DNA of 64,000 nucleotides from Tubulanus polymorphus (Eukaryota; Animalia; Nemertea): NCBI RefSeq assembly GCF_964204645.1, contig NC_134029.1, positions 18,408,950 to 18,472,949 on the forward strand. Direction: 5' to 3'. The notes beneath the pieces were generated by a model. The model was not told the DNA's origin and ran no database searches. It was given only the letters and a program-made list of their open reading frames with translations. This document shows, piece after piece, positions 10,995 to 25,038 of this stretch. Both the position numbers and the translations under genes were made by a program. Position 1 is the stretch's first letter. The number at the start of each line of letters is the position of its first letter.

Positions 10995-13900
10995 CAAATA
11001 AATTATGTGAAAATTAATTTCTAGGTTATTTTGTCTCATTCAACTTCTTTTGGGAGAACAGATCTTCATCAAAAAACTCTGACTGTTTGAGCCTCTATAA
11101 GACAATTTTTACTTCCAGACAGTATACATCTTTTATTTCAAAGAGCACCTTCCTTGATGAAGTGATTTGTTTGAATTGATGCGTTTGAACCTGGGCATAA
11201 CATCTAAATGTCTGATACAAAGATGTCGCAGGCTTATCTAACTACATGTGTAGTCAATTCACCATTGAAACATACTTACCTACCAATACATTGATAAAGC
11301 TTTATCACATCACTTTGAATCAACCAGCCGAATTCCCGATAAGGGCATAAGAAATACAGCTGACTCCTTAGTTGATACCAGTTAGTAGGATAGGCCTTTT
11401 GGTTTGCGAAAATATGCAATTGTGAAATAATCAATTTAGGTAACTTGACTAGGTACTGGTCAGCTTGGAAAACTGCTTCCTATAATTTCCTTAATCCTTG
11501 GTTTTTGGATTTCAGTTCCAATGCTACCAAATAACTAATGGCAGTTTTCTGTAGTACTTCAAATTGTTGATAAACGACATTAACAACTTCAAACAACATT
11601 TGTATACATATTTATTTGAGCACTGTCTTTTATTAGGTTTATATCATAGAATACACTGGTCTTAATATATTCATATATACAATTATATATTTGTTCATGC
11701 ATCAAGCAAACCAATGAATTATGTTTCTAGAATATTCTATATCAAACGATTTACTGATTAAAACTGATACATGCACCTAAGGTGACAATCAATTGTCAAG
11801 ACCTTCAGAAAATGACATTTCAAAAGTTTTATTGGTATTTTCATTGTGTTTTACAGTAATGAAGCTTTTCTGTCATGTTGTGAAACGGATCCCGGCTTCA
11901 GGCCACAGGAAGATAAGGGCCGCCCACATCATTCTGACGGATTTCATGGAAAATTAACACAAAAATCCTAGCATATACGATAAGGAACAACAATGAAAGC
12001 AATTTACTTCTTATATTGTGTTATTCGAGTTAATGTTAGCAATAGTTTACGTATATAAAAAATTCTCAACTCTACGGCAGCAACAAGCAATAATGCGCGC
12101 AAAATAAGGCGTGTAAGAATTTGAAAACTTAACTACACACAAACAAACAATAGGGATTTACGTGCGTGCAACACAATATCTAAAATGCATGTATGTTCGA
12201 AGCTACGAATTGATCACTTTCGGTTCCAGGCGAAAACGTCCATATACACACGTTTTTTTTCACATTATTTAGTTTCAGACCAGTAAGTACACCGCAGAGA
12301 ACAGTGTACTAACGACAACAACCCTACCACCACAGCTACCTTACAAGTACCACATCAACTTTCTCTTAGCCAGAACACTACCAGTACACAGAAGGAAGAG
12401 TAAGAGTACTTTGTTACATTACTTTCAGGGGCGGATCTGGGGGGGATTTATGAGACCTGAACAAGTCCATTAAAAATCTCTCAGAGTGCCTTTTTCATTT
12501 TGTCAACAAAGATAATTGGTGCATTTCGGTGCGCGTAATATCGCCTTTTTGAACATCTAAGTGCCCCTTATGGACTTGACAAAATTAGCCCCTCAGTGCT
12601 TGAGTACACCTTTTAGGACATGAAAGTGACCCTTTTGCGATGTCACAAAGTCCTGCAAAATTGGCCACTGGATCTCTGATATCGATTGAGCTATACGCTG
12701 TAGTTGGTGGCGAACATCATTCAAATATTCATGGAAAATATTCATGCCGTGTTTACCATTCAATTTAAAAAGATTTTCCAACGAAAAGAAATGTTGTTCA
12801 GCGTTACACAATCATCTGTTCATATCAAGAGGTTTTAACGTATCGATATATCACAATGTACATGATAAGTTTTTTCTTGTTCATATTTTAACTGAGGCAC
12901 ATTTGTCATCAAAGACATCTGTACGCATCCAGGTGCCACAGATAAATATCTTTCAACCGTCTTTTTGTTTTCGTTCCGGACAGATGTTCAGCGAGATCTA
13001 TTGGTATAATTGTGCATGAAAGAGGGTACCATAAAATTTCTAAAGATTTTTATTTGTAAGTCATTTCTACTATAAATTGCATTTAATAACTCCACAAATT
13101 ATCTTACTCATGACCAGTTTCTAGCTATTCTATCGATGAAATTCTCTGTTCAAAAACATCCAATGCTTTGTATGCAGGGAAATAAATCTTCATATGGCAG
13201 TTTCCATTTGTACCGCATTACAAGATTAAAAGGCTGGTATGCATAAGTTTTCAGCGTCACTCTCCGATGCCCTACCTCGAATTTCTATAGAAAATACTGG
13301 CCAAGAACAAGATATTGTGCCATCACAAACATAGTATCTAATTAAAACAGGGAGATCCCACCACCTTCTTTAACTTACTACTGATTCCACAACTGGGATC
13401 AACTAAATTGCAAGGATAACATTTTTAGAAATTTAAACGATATTGGAATTATCGTACAGTGTAATTATTCAATAACAAGCTTATAAAATTCGAAGTTTTT
13501 AAGATGGCTGTTTTAGGCAAAACAATACCATGATGCGAATAACAAATCTTTCATAAGGCAAATATCAAGAGAGTTCTGAACACATGTCAGATATTCATGA
13601 TTGTGTGCATAAATGTTTCTAGGCCTAACATACTTTCAATAGTAACTAGTGTATTCAACTGTATTAGTCTTATAAAAAAAAAATGATAAAAATACCCTAT
13701 CATACAAATACAATACTATGTACATACACATCATGATTCTGATAATAGATATAGGAGAAAAATCCTTGTAAAATTCAATAAAATTCATTTTTGATACTTC
13801 AAAGAAATATACAACCTTCCAACGTTGTGACCAAACACTTTGACGGCATTACCTTGCCATTGTTAGATAATTGCGTATATTCTGAATATAATTTCAATGA

Positions 13901-15175
13901 TTACACCGGACCTGAGGTTACCGAAAATGTTTAACTCTGGCTATAATTAAACCCACTTAATTCATTAATAAAATTCATCTGGATTTTATCAGGATTTAAG
14001 TTAAAAACTGCCTGGAATTTAAGTATAATTCGTCTGGAATAAGATCGCCACTTGCTACAAGCGGGTATCACATATCGCCCCGTAACAGTTTTCGATTACA
14101 ATTCGCGGAATAGTGGGTTTAACTGTAGTTGATCACTTATCAAATTATCCGCATTTCAAAAAATTATCATAAATATAAATTACAGCAATAATACAAATAA
14201 ATACACAAAATTATGCTCAATGATAAAAGCCATAAATGTATACAAAATTCTTTTGATAATACGAACATTTTTGTAGCGGTGAATTGTCGCATGATGCGAA
14301 AATATCTCTAGCAATATCTCAACTAAATACCATGTATATCCCTTGGGCAAAAGCCCCTCGTAGTAGGATATAAGGGCTCATTACCTAAATTTGAATTATC
14401 TTCAGGTTTCCACGATACTATGTACTTTGTATTATGAGGTAAATCACTTTCGCCACAGAAAGTTGTCTCTAGAGTTCGCTTTCACTAAAGCCTAGCGATA
14501 ATCTTCTCAAAATTTTATCGGCAAGTTTTGTTTACCGGTAGGCTTGAAAATAAGTTTTTAAGTACGATCAAACCATTCAGGAAAACATTCTCAATTATGA
14601 TGGGTTTTTGCGAATACAAAGCCCAGTACATCATGACCCAATAAACGGGACAAACTTCCTTAACAACAATGCTTATTCTATTCAACTTCGCTCGATGCAT
14701 TAATTATTCATTCATTATTTCATTCTTCATCGGATTGTTCATGTACAAATAAGTATAAAATATCAGCAGCAAAAGCCGCCCACAGAAATATGACATTATT
14801 GATTGGTAAATATGACAAGAATATCTTTGCTTATCTAAGGGTTTGTACATAACATAACGCAGATATGAATGTACATACACATCTCCTAACATAATAACAA
14901 AAGATAAAATTACCCAGTATATTACACAATACCAAATATAATCAGCTAACAATAGAAAAATAGCACATTAAATGTTCGGCTTTTCTTCGGAAAGTTGGAC
15001 TTACCGGTTTTACATTTTCAATGCCAGGAATTAACTCTAAACCACATTCAACCATCTTTTTTGTTAAGATTTGACTAAAAGATTAACCCTTTCAGTGCAT
15101 CTACACCGCAGTGCAGTGTATAAATATGTGATGGACACCACATCGCAGTGAATTGATATAATTAGTAATTAGTTT

Positions 15176-15781
15176 CCTTTACGTCGTTTGGATCTTAGTT
15201 TTTCAAGACTAAAGCCGCGTTCACACTGGATTTGGCGCTTACAAAGTACCGTACTTCGCTGGTGCCGAATTTACCAAAATACGGTGCTTATACAGCCATT
15301 TACGTTCACACTTCGAGTCGCAATTCGGCACTTAGTATAGTAGTCACCCAGTGTGCTAATAGAGGGGAGTGTACTTAGTGCTAAGTGTTTTGTACTACGA
15401 GAATGTGAATATGCGGCTAGCTAAGTGCCGAATCTGCGTTCACACTACAGAAAATACGCGGCCAGCTCAGTGCCGCACTGAGATCGGGTTTTCGGCGCGG
15501 AATCGCATCCCGCGCTTAATAAGCCGCGTATTTCAATACGGAACTGAAAAAGCCGCGAATAGGCCTGGAATAATTTCCTAGTGTGAACGCTTAGTACCGT
15601 ACTGAAATCCTTGTGTGAACGCAGCTTAAGCCTATTGAACTATTAATTTAACCTCACTACAGGATGGCCTTTGAAGTGCTGCCTGCACACTGTTAGCAGC
15701 CAGGACACAAACCCACTTGTTACTCAGAACTGATTGTAAATGCAACAGCATCACGCCTTATCCAACTGAGCTAAGAAGCCC
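15176..15781 (-). mobile_element. tRNA-derived SINE-like insertion inside the piggyBac-like MITE
   Basis: Minus strand begins with the A-box-like TAGCTCAGTTGGATAAGGCG; this segment is absent from other copies of the host MITE. Confidence 0.55.
15213..15626. mobile_element. PIF/Harbinger-like MITE
   Basis: TIR AGCCGCGTTCACAC / GTGTGAACGCAGCT with TAA duplicated on both sides (15210-12, 15627-29). Confidence 0.75.
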
Positions 15782-17176
15782 AGTTTTTATCTCTAATGAA
15801 AGATGGCAGCGCCTGTCAGTTAGATATTAGTAACTAACAATACACCGCACTGCGGTGTAGACACATTATAGCGGTATGCCTGTGGTGGAATTTAAAAAAT
15901 CTTTTCAATCTATCTCTAACACTTTAAGGTATTACCGGTAATCAGTCAGCACTGAAAGGGTTAAATTGAAAATGAAAAGATTTTGATCTAGTATGACTGA
16001 CTTATAATAGTACGCTCTGACAATGTAAATCAGCTCTCCAATGGTCAGAAAAGACTGCAATCCATAACCAAGAGTTGCTGTCCCCCAACAATTCCCTTCA
16101 GTGACGGGGATGCGACTTAATGATCAAAGCAATTTTTGTTCTCAGAACCAACATACAGCCATACTGCAACAAACAAAAACTTTTTTAACACATTGGTTTC
16201 CATAGACAAGTCATGGTCTATATTTGAATTGAAGAATTCTTCAACCTATTTAACGTGTTCAGTGCCCGCTACGAGATCTCTCGTACTCAAAGTTCAACCA
16301 TAATTGCCACTACGAGTTATCTGATATTTCTAGTTTGCTGTATGCACAGCTATTCGATTACTAAATGGCTGACAGTATAAACAAACTACATAATGACATT
16401 ACTTGTAGTAGCTGCTGGAAAGAATTACTTTGTCAGCAAACTTGTCAAGGGCTCTACAGCCGTGATCACACCGAGACGATTGGCCAAATTTCCAACGATC
16501 AAATTTAGCCTGTGCCTAATCAGAGAGCGCGTTCACACGTATACCACTCACTCGATACTAAACAATGCTTAAACCTTTGAGTAATCATTCAAATGATTAC
16601 TCCAAGCTTAAACAAAGCGAAGTGAAGAGTCACTTCCCGGAACCTGTAGCAATTCACACGCAATAATTTGACCCGTGCTAAAATTCGGCTTGGGCCTGGT
16701 CTGGGCGTGGTATTCTACCATTTAAGCGCTTCAAATACCTATTTACACTATCGGTTTTTCGTAAAATTCACATACAAATCATAAATCCTGTAAACATGTG
16801 GTTATATAAGCTACTATTATTTTTTACAGCCTATAGCTAGCTACCTCTTTTCGATATCGGCAGCAAATATGAAATTCGACAAAATATCAAACATCATCAT
16901 TATCATCATCGTTGTCATCTTCAACAACAAAATTTTCTCTCATCGACAGCTAATTAACTTAAAATAAGTTATGAAAAGACATTTGATACAGATAAAATAA
17001 CATCAATATCGATTCACTGACACTTGACCATTTTTTTTCAAATAAAAAAGTACTTTGTTACTCCGGGACCAATGAATGAACGAAATGCCTTCTTGATTGT
17101 TATTCATGTATAATTCACTCAAGGTTATGGAGGCTGACCAAACATCGGGCAGTTCAGACAACAAAAACAAAACATA

Positions 17177-17390
17177 AGCCGCGATCACACTTCGGCCCGG
17201 ATCAAGCTCGAGCCAAATTTGGCCCGTGCCTAATTACAGAGCGCACTCACACGCAAACCACTCACTCATTACTAAACAATGCTAAACAAAGCAAAGTGGG
17301 TCATTTCTGGTACCAGTTGCAATTCAAATGCAATCATTTTTCTTGTGCTAAAATTTGGCTTGGCCTGGTCCGACATTTGTGATTGCGGCT
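17177..17390 (+). mobile_element. Harbinger-like MITE family A, internally deleted copy
   Basis: TIR AGCCGCGATCAC / GTGATTGCGGCT; 3-bp TSD ATA. Confidence 0.75.
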
Positions 17391-18051
17391 ATAAAATCAT
17401 GAAAATGTACCACTGATATCTGCGAGTCATAGCTACAATATCTATATCGTCATTCATACAAAAGATTTCAGTTCAGGTATTGTTGGAACTGCATGAAATG
17501 GGTGACTGTGCATACAGAGGTGAGAATCACGTTGAAAGTCCTTTGATAGAAATCCTCGCTTGTAGAATTCACCGATCTGAGCAAATAACCGAGACAAAAA
17601 CTTCTAAATGAAGATTTCATTTGAAATTGACTTTCAAATACTAATCATGGCAACTTCGATTTTGTTTTTTTAGAGAAACATTCAAAATAAATGATATAGG
17701 GCTAACAAAATATCCATCTGTGTCTATCATATGTACATACGTCAACCATTCTTTGATTTGTATCTGTATATGCAATCTTTTAGTTAGAAATTTGTTACTC
17801 ATATTCAGTACGACAAAATTAACATATTCAAACTAGTGACATCGTCGCAATCGCTGCATTTTGCATTACTCTCCGCACGACCTCCCCGGGAGTTAAAAAA
17901 ATATGGTTACAGCAACCACCAAGCACATCATCATGATTATTGGTAATAACTTATTCATCAGTAGGCGAAGTTCGTCAGTTTCTCAGCAGCAATAACAATT
18001 TTATGGCGTCAACGGCATTCGACTCGACACGGCATCGACGCGCTTTTTCTC

Positions 18052-21000
18052 TTAAGACGCGATGCTGTCTTTACGATTTTTCTCGACGGTGTTCTTCGTT
18101 TTCTGCAACGCCGTCGTTCGTATAAAGTCAATTTCTTTGTATTCGATCGGAGATTTCGACGGCTGCGGACTGCGTTTGAAAGTCGGCTCTTCGTTGCTCG
18201 TTTTCAGGTCGAGATCGATGTACTGTAGTTTCTCTTTCCGACGCCGCGACCAGCCTTGAACCGGAATCGGGTTTGTTCGGTTCGGCAAAACGGAATACAT
18301 CTCCAAATTCTGTAATAATCGACAAAAACGATGCTTTATTAGTATGAAAACGTGAATCGCCCAGGTGAAACCTTCGAGATTTTCCTAAATGGGGAATCAC
18401 CGTTGACTACGCCTGAGTCTGATCTGATCAATTTGGATAACCGTTCAACTCGGATGTTTGTCAAACTATTTTTGTGACACTATTTACGGAATACATAACA
18501 TCCAACTCGGATATCGCTCAAGTCAGTTACATTTTTATGGTCCCAAAATATCCGATTTGAGCCGAGTCAAGTGTACATAACCAACTAACCTACTAGATAT
18601 TGTGCCGAGCACTCGGTCAACAATATTTTATTTTCAATGAACTTTGAACTGGATTTTCAGTTTCCTAAAATCCATATTATCATCACATAACGCTTTAACT
18701 ACTGTCACTACTGTATTTTGATATGCTAATGAGCAGGTGATGACGTCACTGTAACGTTTCCGCGCGGAGCGGATTTTTCAGCATTACGCGAGCGTATGCT
18801 GAGTAAACTATCGCCCATAAATGAAAACAAAAACAACTTTAGTAAAAATTGTTGTTTATTTCTGAATGCAAATTCCTCACTGGACAAATTGATATGTAAT
18901 AAAGGTAGATCAAACTATCATTAACGAAATTACGGATCAAAACATCGCACGGAGAGCAGGTGTAACAGACAGTAGATTTTAGATTGATCGTCCTACCCAG
19001 TGTTTGCTTTAGTTGTTTTTATTGATAAATGATTCACTTTAATCAAAATGAAGAGGAAATTGAACACGGAAGGCTGAGTTACTAGTAACTTCTAGCAAAA
19101 ACTGGAAAATCTTAGCTTTCTACAAGAAAAATCCTTGATCTACACAGTAGTGTTGAGGTTTCCCATTGAACTGTCGCGTACATTATGAGAAGTCGACCAT
19201 TACGCGTACAAATCGTTACATTATATCTTGGCAATTCGTGACAATCAAATACATATCATATCGCGGAAATGTTCTGTGCGCAGTCACGACTTACAGAAAT
19301 TCTTATTTGATTTAAAACCTTAGCTGATAAAGATAGCGCATAGCTCCAACGTGTACGTCAGTATACTTTATATCTCTTCAAGGAATGCCGATCAGGAATG
19401 ATCATTCCATCCGCTTATTTGATTATCATGATCCTTTCAAGATTCCCTGAATGGAAACGTAAGCCTACCTCATCGTGATCATCTTCGGAACTGGAACTGG
19501 AACTTTTAGAGCTTCCGGTTCTTGTACGTACAGGAGTTGGAATCATTGGTTCACGTGCAGGAATACAAGGTGGTTTACTGTAACGATACGCGGTGTATTA
19601 AGTTTTAACACGTTGAAGTGTACAGTTACACTATATAGCCGCGATCACACGGACACGATTTGGCCTGGGCCAAATTGGCACGGATCAGGCTCGGGCAAAA
19701 TTTGGCCCGTGCCTGATTAGAGAGCGCGCTCACACGCAAACCATGCACTCGATACTAAACAATGCTCAAACAAAGCGAAGTGGATCATTTCCGGTGCCAG
19801 TTGCAATTCAAATGCAATCATTTGTCAGGTGCTAAAATTTGGCTCGGGCCTGATCCGACGTTTTTGGTCAGGCCAAATTTGGCCTGGGCCAAACAGACTC
19901 GGGCCCATTTGGCACCCGCGTGAACAGTTGTTTCGGGCCAAATTTGGCCCGGGCCAAAAATGCTTGTGTGATCGCGGCTTATGATTGTTCTTTTCACTTG
20001 TGGAGCGGTGTGGCCGAGTGGTTAGAGCATTCGACACTGGGAAGCCAGGTCGTAGGTTTGAACCCTGTACATTACCGTAGTGTCCTTGGCCAAGACACTT
20101 ATCCTCATTGCCTCTCTCCATCCAGGAGTAAATGGGTACCTGGCCTGATAGATGACTCCTGAGCGCTTGTTACTTCTCCCCAAGGAAAGATCATCATTAT
20201 TATTTTCAACAACAATGTTCGGTAGTATTCATAAGAGAATTGCAATTGCCCGCCATTTTTTTGTCATTAATTATAGTGATCCAAATATTTTTGGGGTTCG
20301 CAGTCAATAATTGGACTATTTGTTGCTCGATATCAGACTTAACAGTCCAACAAGAGTTAGAACTTACTATTTCAATGGCGAGGAATGAGCATCTTTCTTA
20401 AAACTTTTCGTCCGTTTAGTGGGGAAGACATCGTATGTACCAGAATCATCGAATTGACCTAAAATTGATACAGGTTTTTAATCGTCGTTATGCATGCATC
20501 ATCAAATCGTATAAGAACTTCTGACACAGCCCACGGGGACACAAGTTCCAGGTGGGCTAAAAAGGGCAAAAGGCAGACATTTTGTTTGCGATCAACCCGA
20601 TTTTCTTCGCAAAATAACTCGATTCCATCACAATAGCCTGCTGAGGATCAGGGGTGGATCTAGGATCTTTAACGTAATGTTGTTTTCTTTTTCTTTTCGT
20701 TTCGAGACCACATATAATGTCCCCGAAAAAAATGACAGAACACGCTCTGATTAAAACCCGAAAGTAACGAGTTACTTACCAATACCGAGCTGATCCGAAT
20801 TCGTTTTCGAGGCGCCAGGACGAGCAGGAATAGGCGGCGGAGTAACACGCCGAGTCGTTACGACCGTCGGCGAACTCGGCTTCATTTCGCCGTGCAGTTT
20901 CACTTTACACGCCGGCGGCACCTGGTAGAAACTCTCCGGACGCGAGTCACCACCCATATTCTGATACGGCTCTTCGTTGTCGATGTCGGTGTACTCGTTC

Positions 21001-24000
21001 ACGTAGTTGTATTCGAGGTGGTTGTTGTTGACGCTGTTGTCCTTGTTGCCGAACTGGCAGTTATCGGTGTTGACGTACGCGTGCGACCGGCCGGATTGCG
21101 GCTTGCCCGGCGCCGGCGGAGACTGCGCGAGCAGCGGGTTGTGCACACGCATCGACTTCGGGAAATCGTAAAGCGAGTTTTCATCCATCGATGACGTGAA
21201 CACGCCGCCGACCGGTGGCGACGTGCTCAATGGACTGTGGTTGCCATGGTAGCCGCTGTTTTCCGGGTGCGATTTACTGTTGCTCGGCAGATTACCGTAG
21301 ACGGGTTGGAAACCGCCCGCCGATGTCGACCGTGGCCGGTGATTGACAGACGGTCGAACCGGACGCGGAGGGGGCATGTCCGACGATTGCGAATTGCTCG
21401 AATTGCGCAGAGACTGACTTCGACGCGGCGGCGGAACGTCGTAGACGTCGTCGTCGCCTACGCTCGTACGGAACGCCAACTGCGCCATATTTTGCGCGAG
21501 TTCAGCGTCGGCGTATCGATGTGGCGGCACGTCGTAAAAATCCTGCTCGCCGGAATCAGACACGCGTCGGAATCGATGCGTCGGCGGCACGTCGTAGAAA
21601 TCCTGTTCGCTGTTGCGCGCGCCGCCGATCGGGGGCGGCGGGGGCGGCTCGTCCGGTATCGATGTCAAACTCTGACGATGCGGCGCGCTGATACACTGAT
21701 CCAGCGGAATATACGGTCTATCGAACGAATGATCGCGACTGTTCATCAACGTGGCACGCGGACGAGGTACGGGCACCGGCGGCACGTCGTCGTCGTCGTA
21801 GTCGTGCTCCGTCGGATCTGGCGTGTATGGATTACTTGCTCCACCTAGACCGACCTGGTGACCACTCGATACGGTAGAAGTAGCCGTATTCTGCTGACTG
21901 ACAGCAGTATGGAAGCTAGCTAATGTACTCGTCGGGCTCGGTGATGTAGTCAGAGGCATTTCCATATCGACTACAATGAAAGAGAAACAAACATCATTCA
22001 TTATCTACTGAATCAACAGATTTCATCAACCCTTTCAAAGTGTCTACACCGTAGTGCGGTGTATCAATTGGTGATGGTATCGGTGATCGGCTAGTACATC
22101 GCATCACTGTATTGACATTATTACTAATTAGTTTTCATCTCTATTGAAAGATAACAGCACCTGTCAAACATAGCGAAATGTTAGTCACTCACGATACACC
22201 GCACTGCAGTGTATAAGCATTATAGTGGTATCCCCATTATTCAACACAATGGGGAGAAATTTTTCAAATCATCTCCAATGAGACCCCTTTTTTTGGACGG
22301 GCCTGGGAATAAATTTTGTTGTTTTTACAGCAAAAGTGGCCCATACTCTTTTATGACCTCCGAAGTCTCCATACAAAATCTTCAGTTGGCTCCACTGGAA
22401 TTCCGAATCACATCACCTCGACAGAGAGGAGGTTTCGGACTCTCCAAACAACCGATAATAGAGTATGATTGGAGCCAAACGGATTCTCAGATCTGATAAA
22501 AGAGTACACCCCTTGAGTCAGATGGTCAGAGTTGACCAGTGGATAGTCTCTCCTATGGTAGCTTCTCATTTTGTTGTATGGTACATGTATACAAACTTGC
22601 ATATACATAGTTTCAATTATATATCTATTCTCACAATAAACTTAAATGTCAACAATTCCTTCAGGATTTTGATATTTTTCATCATATTATCTTTCAGCGA
22701 CATGAAGACAGTGAGGTAACTGATATAACAACATCAAAAGAGAATTGGCCCACCTGGAGATGGAATAAGCAATTATATGACAACTATACCCATCGTTCAC
22801 ATGTATATGGTACATGTATATGAGTGACAGCCTGACAGCTGACGTTGCTCTCTGCTGTTTCGTCCTCAAATTTCTTAATTTTCATAAATTTACTAAACTC
22901 ATAGAAATTCTTCATCTATATATCTAATGAAAGCTTTTGACTGAACGGGTCAAGCAAACAAGTCCTCCTTCCCATGAAAATTAAACCAATGATGTAGAGA
23001 GAATCCCACAATAATAACGGAAAACAGTCTGAAAATGTAACTGGAGCTAGTGGTTTATTCGACGTTTCGACTATATTGTAATAGTCATCTTCAGGAATAC
23101 GTTGAATAAACTACTAGCTCCAGTTACATTTTCAGACTGCTTTTTGTTATCATAGTGGGATTCAATCTACATTATCGTCTCAACACGGATATAGCGTCTC
23201 TTCAATTCAATAGTGTTCATTCAATAATCCCAAGTTACGTTTCAATCCATTCATAACTGTAGGACAGGTAACAATTAAAGAAATGTCGAATAAATAACAA
23301 TGAAAATAAGAGGCTCATTAGCCTTGACACTTCGATACTGATGTCATAAATTGAAGGAGGTGTATGTACCGAAGAGTGCTCTTAGCATTGGCTGATATGA
23401 TATAATATTTTCAGAGGGAAACCATTAACAATTTTTTTTCACTTTTTCAACTTAAGTTGACAGTGGATCTTTTTTCCTACGATTCATGCTAAACATGATT
23501 TAATTGAATTTGGTTGGTTTGCTGAATTAGATGATACTGATTCGATTCTTTTTTTTGGGGTGAAATTGAATTGAATTCACAGATCTCTGCAACTTCCGAG
23601 ATTTAATCTAATCTATTTGAATATTGGTACTGCATAAAACTCAAGCTGCACCTACTGGAGTGTGTTACTCGACTAGAGATATGGCTTAATCATGTCACAG
23701 GGTTCAGAAAGATCAACAGGTAAAACAGTGCAAGCTGCCACCAGTTCATACCAAACCTACGAACAATCATCTCAACAATGAGATGATTGCACGTAGCACA
23801 AACTGATGTAGTCATCCGCATCTTTACGAAGAACACAAAAATAGGCTGATGCACATAGATATTTTCGCTACTTTGAAATATCCTTTTTTTTAGAAAAAAA
23901 AAACCGAAATGTCTGTATTCACAAAAGTCTGATTAATGAAGAAAATACCTCATGAAATGATTTCCTGATTTAAAGATTATAAAGGTTTCGATTTTACATA

Positions 24001-24958
24001 AGTACATAAGTACCGGGTAGAGGATCGGACTTCTTTTTTATTGATTTTAGGGTGACACATTTACGTGAGTACTGGTAATATTAGTCAGTAGCTTAGGGGA
24101 CTATGTTACCGAGGCTAAAAATAAATACCCTTGGGGGCACAAATCCTTGAACTGCCTGTATTTTGACATAGAACAAACATGCCAAATATGGAATTGATAT
24201 GTTAAAAACGGCTAGATCAGTAGCTATTCATAGAAATAATGGCCCCACCACTAAGGGAACACTTAAAGCATCAAATCTTCAAACCAACAATGCAACTTTG
24301 TAGCTGCTACTGATAGAAGACTCGTAGTCATAGCGATTGATAGAAAAACCAGCCCTAGGGCACCCCCGAGTCAAACAAAAAGAGCCATGTTAGATCCATA
24401 CCAAATTTGGTAATGATAGCATTGCGGTGTAGATGCACTGAAAGGGTTAAAGGGGTCCACCTTGTTTTAGTCCTTGGCCCATCGAACATCTATAGAATAT
24501 TTGGCTACAGCGATTCATAGAAATATGGGTCACATGCCAAAAACCCCTCTGGGAGTCAAATCCAAAAACGCCTACATATTCTCGAAGCCCTTGATCCATA
24601 TGATACTCGTACAAAATTCAGTAGCGATGCAATTGAAATTGTACGATTAGGAGTGAATCATAGAAATACTGGCCTTGCTCCATAGGGACAGCCCTTAGGG
24701 ATCAAATACAACAAATAGCTCTATATTGTTTTAGGCCTTGGCCCACATATCGTTGGTATCAAGTTTCATCTTGTTGATCCTATGAAAATTGCAGGACTAG
24801 TAGCAATTCATAGAGATATGGGCCCCAGCCCAAGGGCACCCCCAGGGGATCAAATACAAAAAAGCTCTATATCGTTAGATGTCTCGGCCCACAGATCATT
24901 GGTACGGTACCAAGTTCAAATCTATTAGCAGGACAAGGGACAAGTAGCAATTTAAATA

Positions 24959-25038
<80 letters not shown>

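Larger units (their letters stand above)
15087..15960 (+). mobile_element. piggyBac-like MITE interrupted by nested insertions
   Basis: TTAA|CCCTTTCAGTGC ... GCACTGAAAGGG|TTAA, with TTAA at 15083-86 and 15961-64. Confidence 0.8.

Noticed and set aside
20892-21848. Plus-strand ORFs opposite GAB exon 3
   Set aside because: Antisense shadows of the GC-rich exon.
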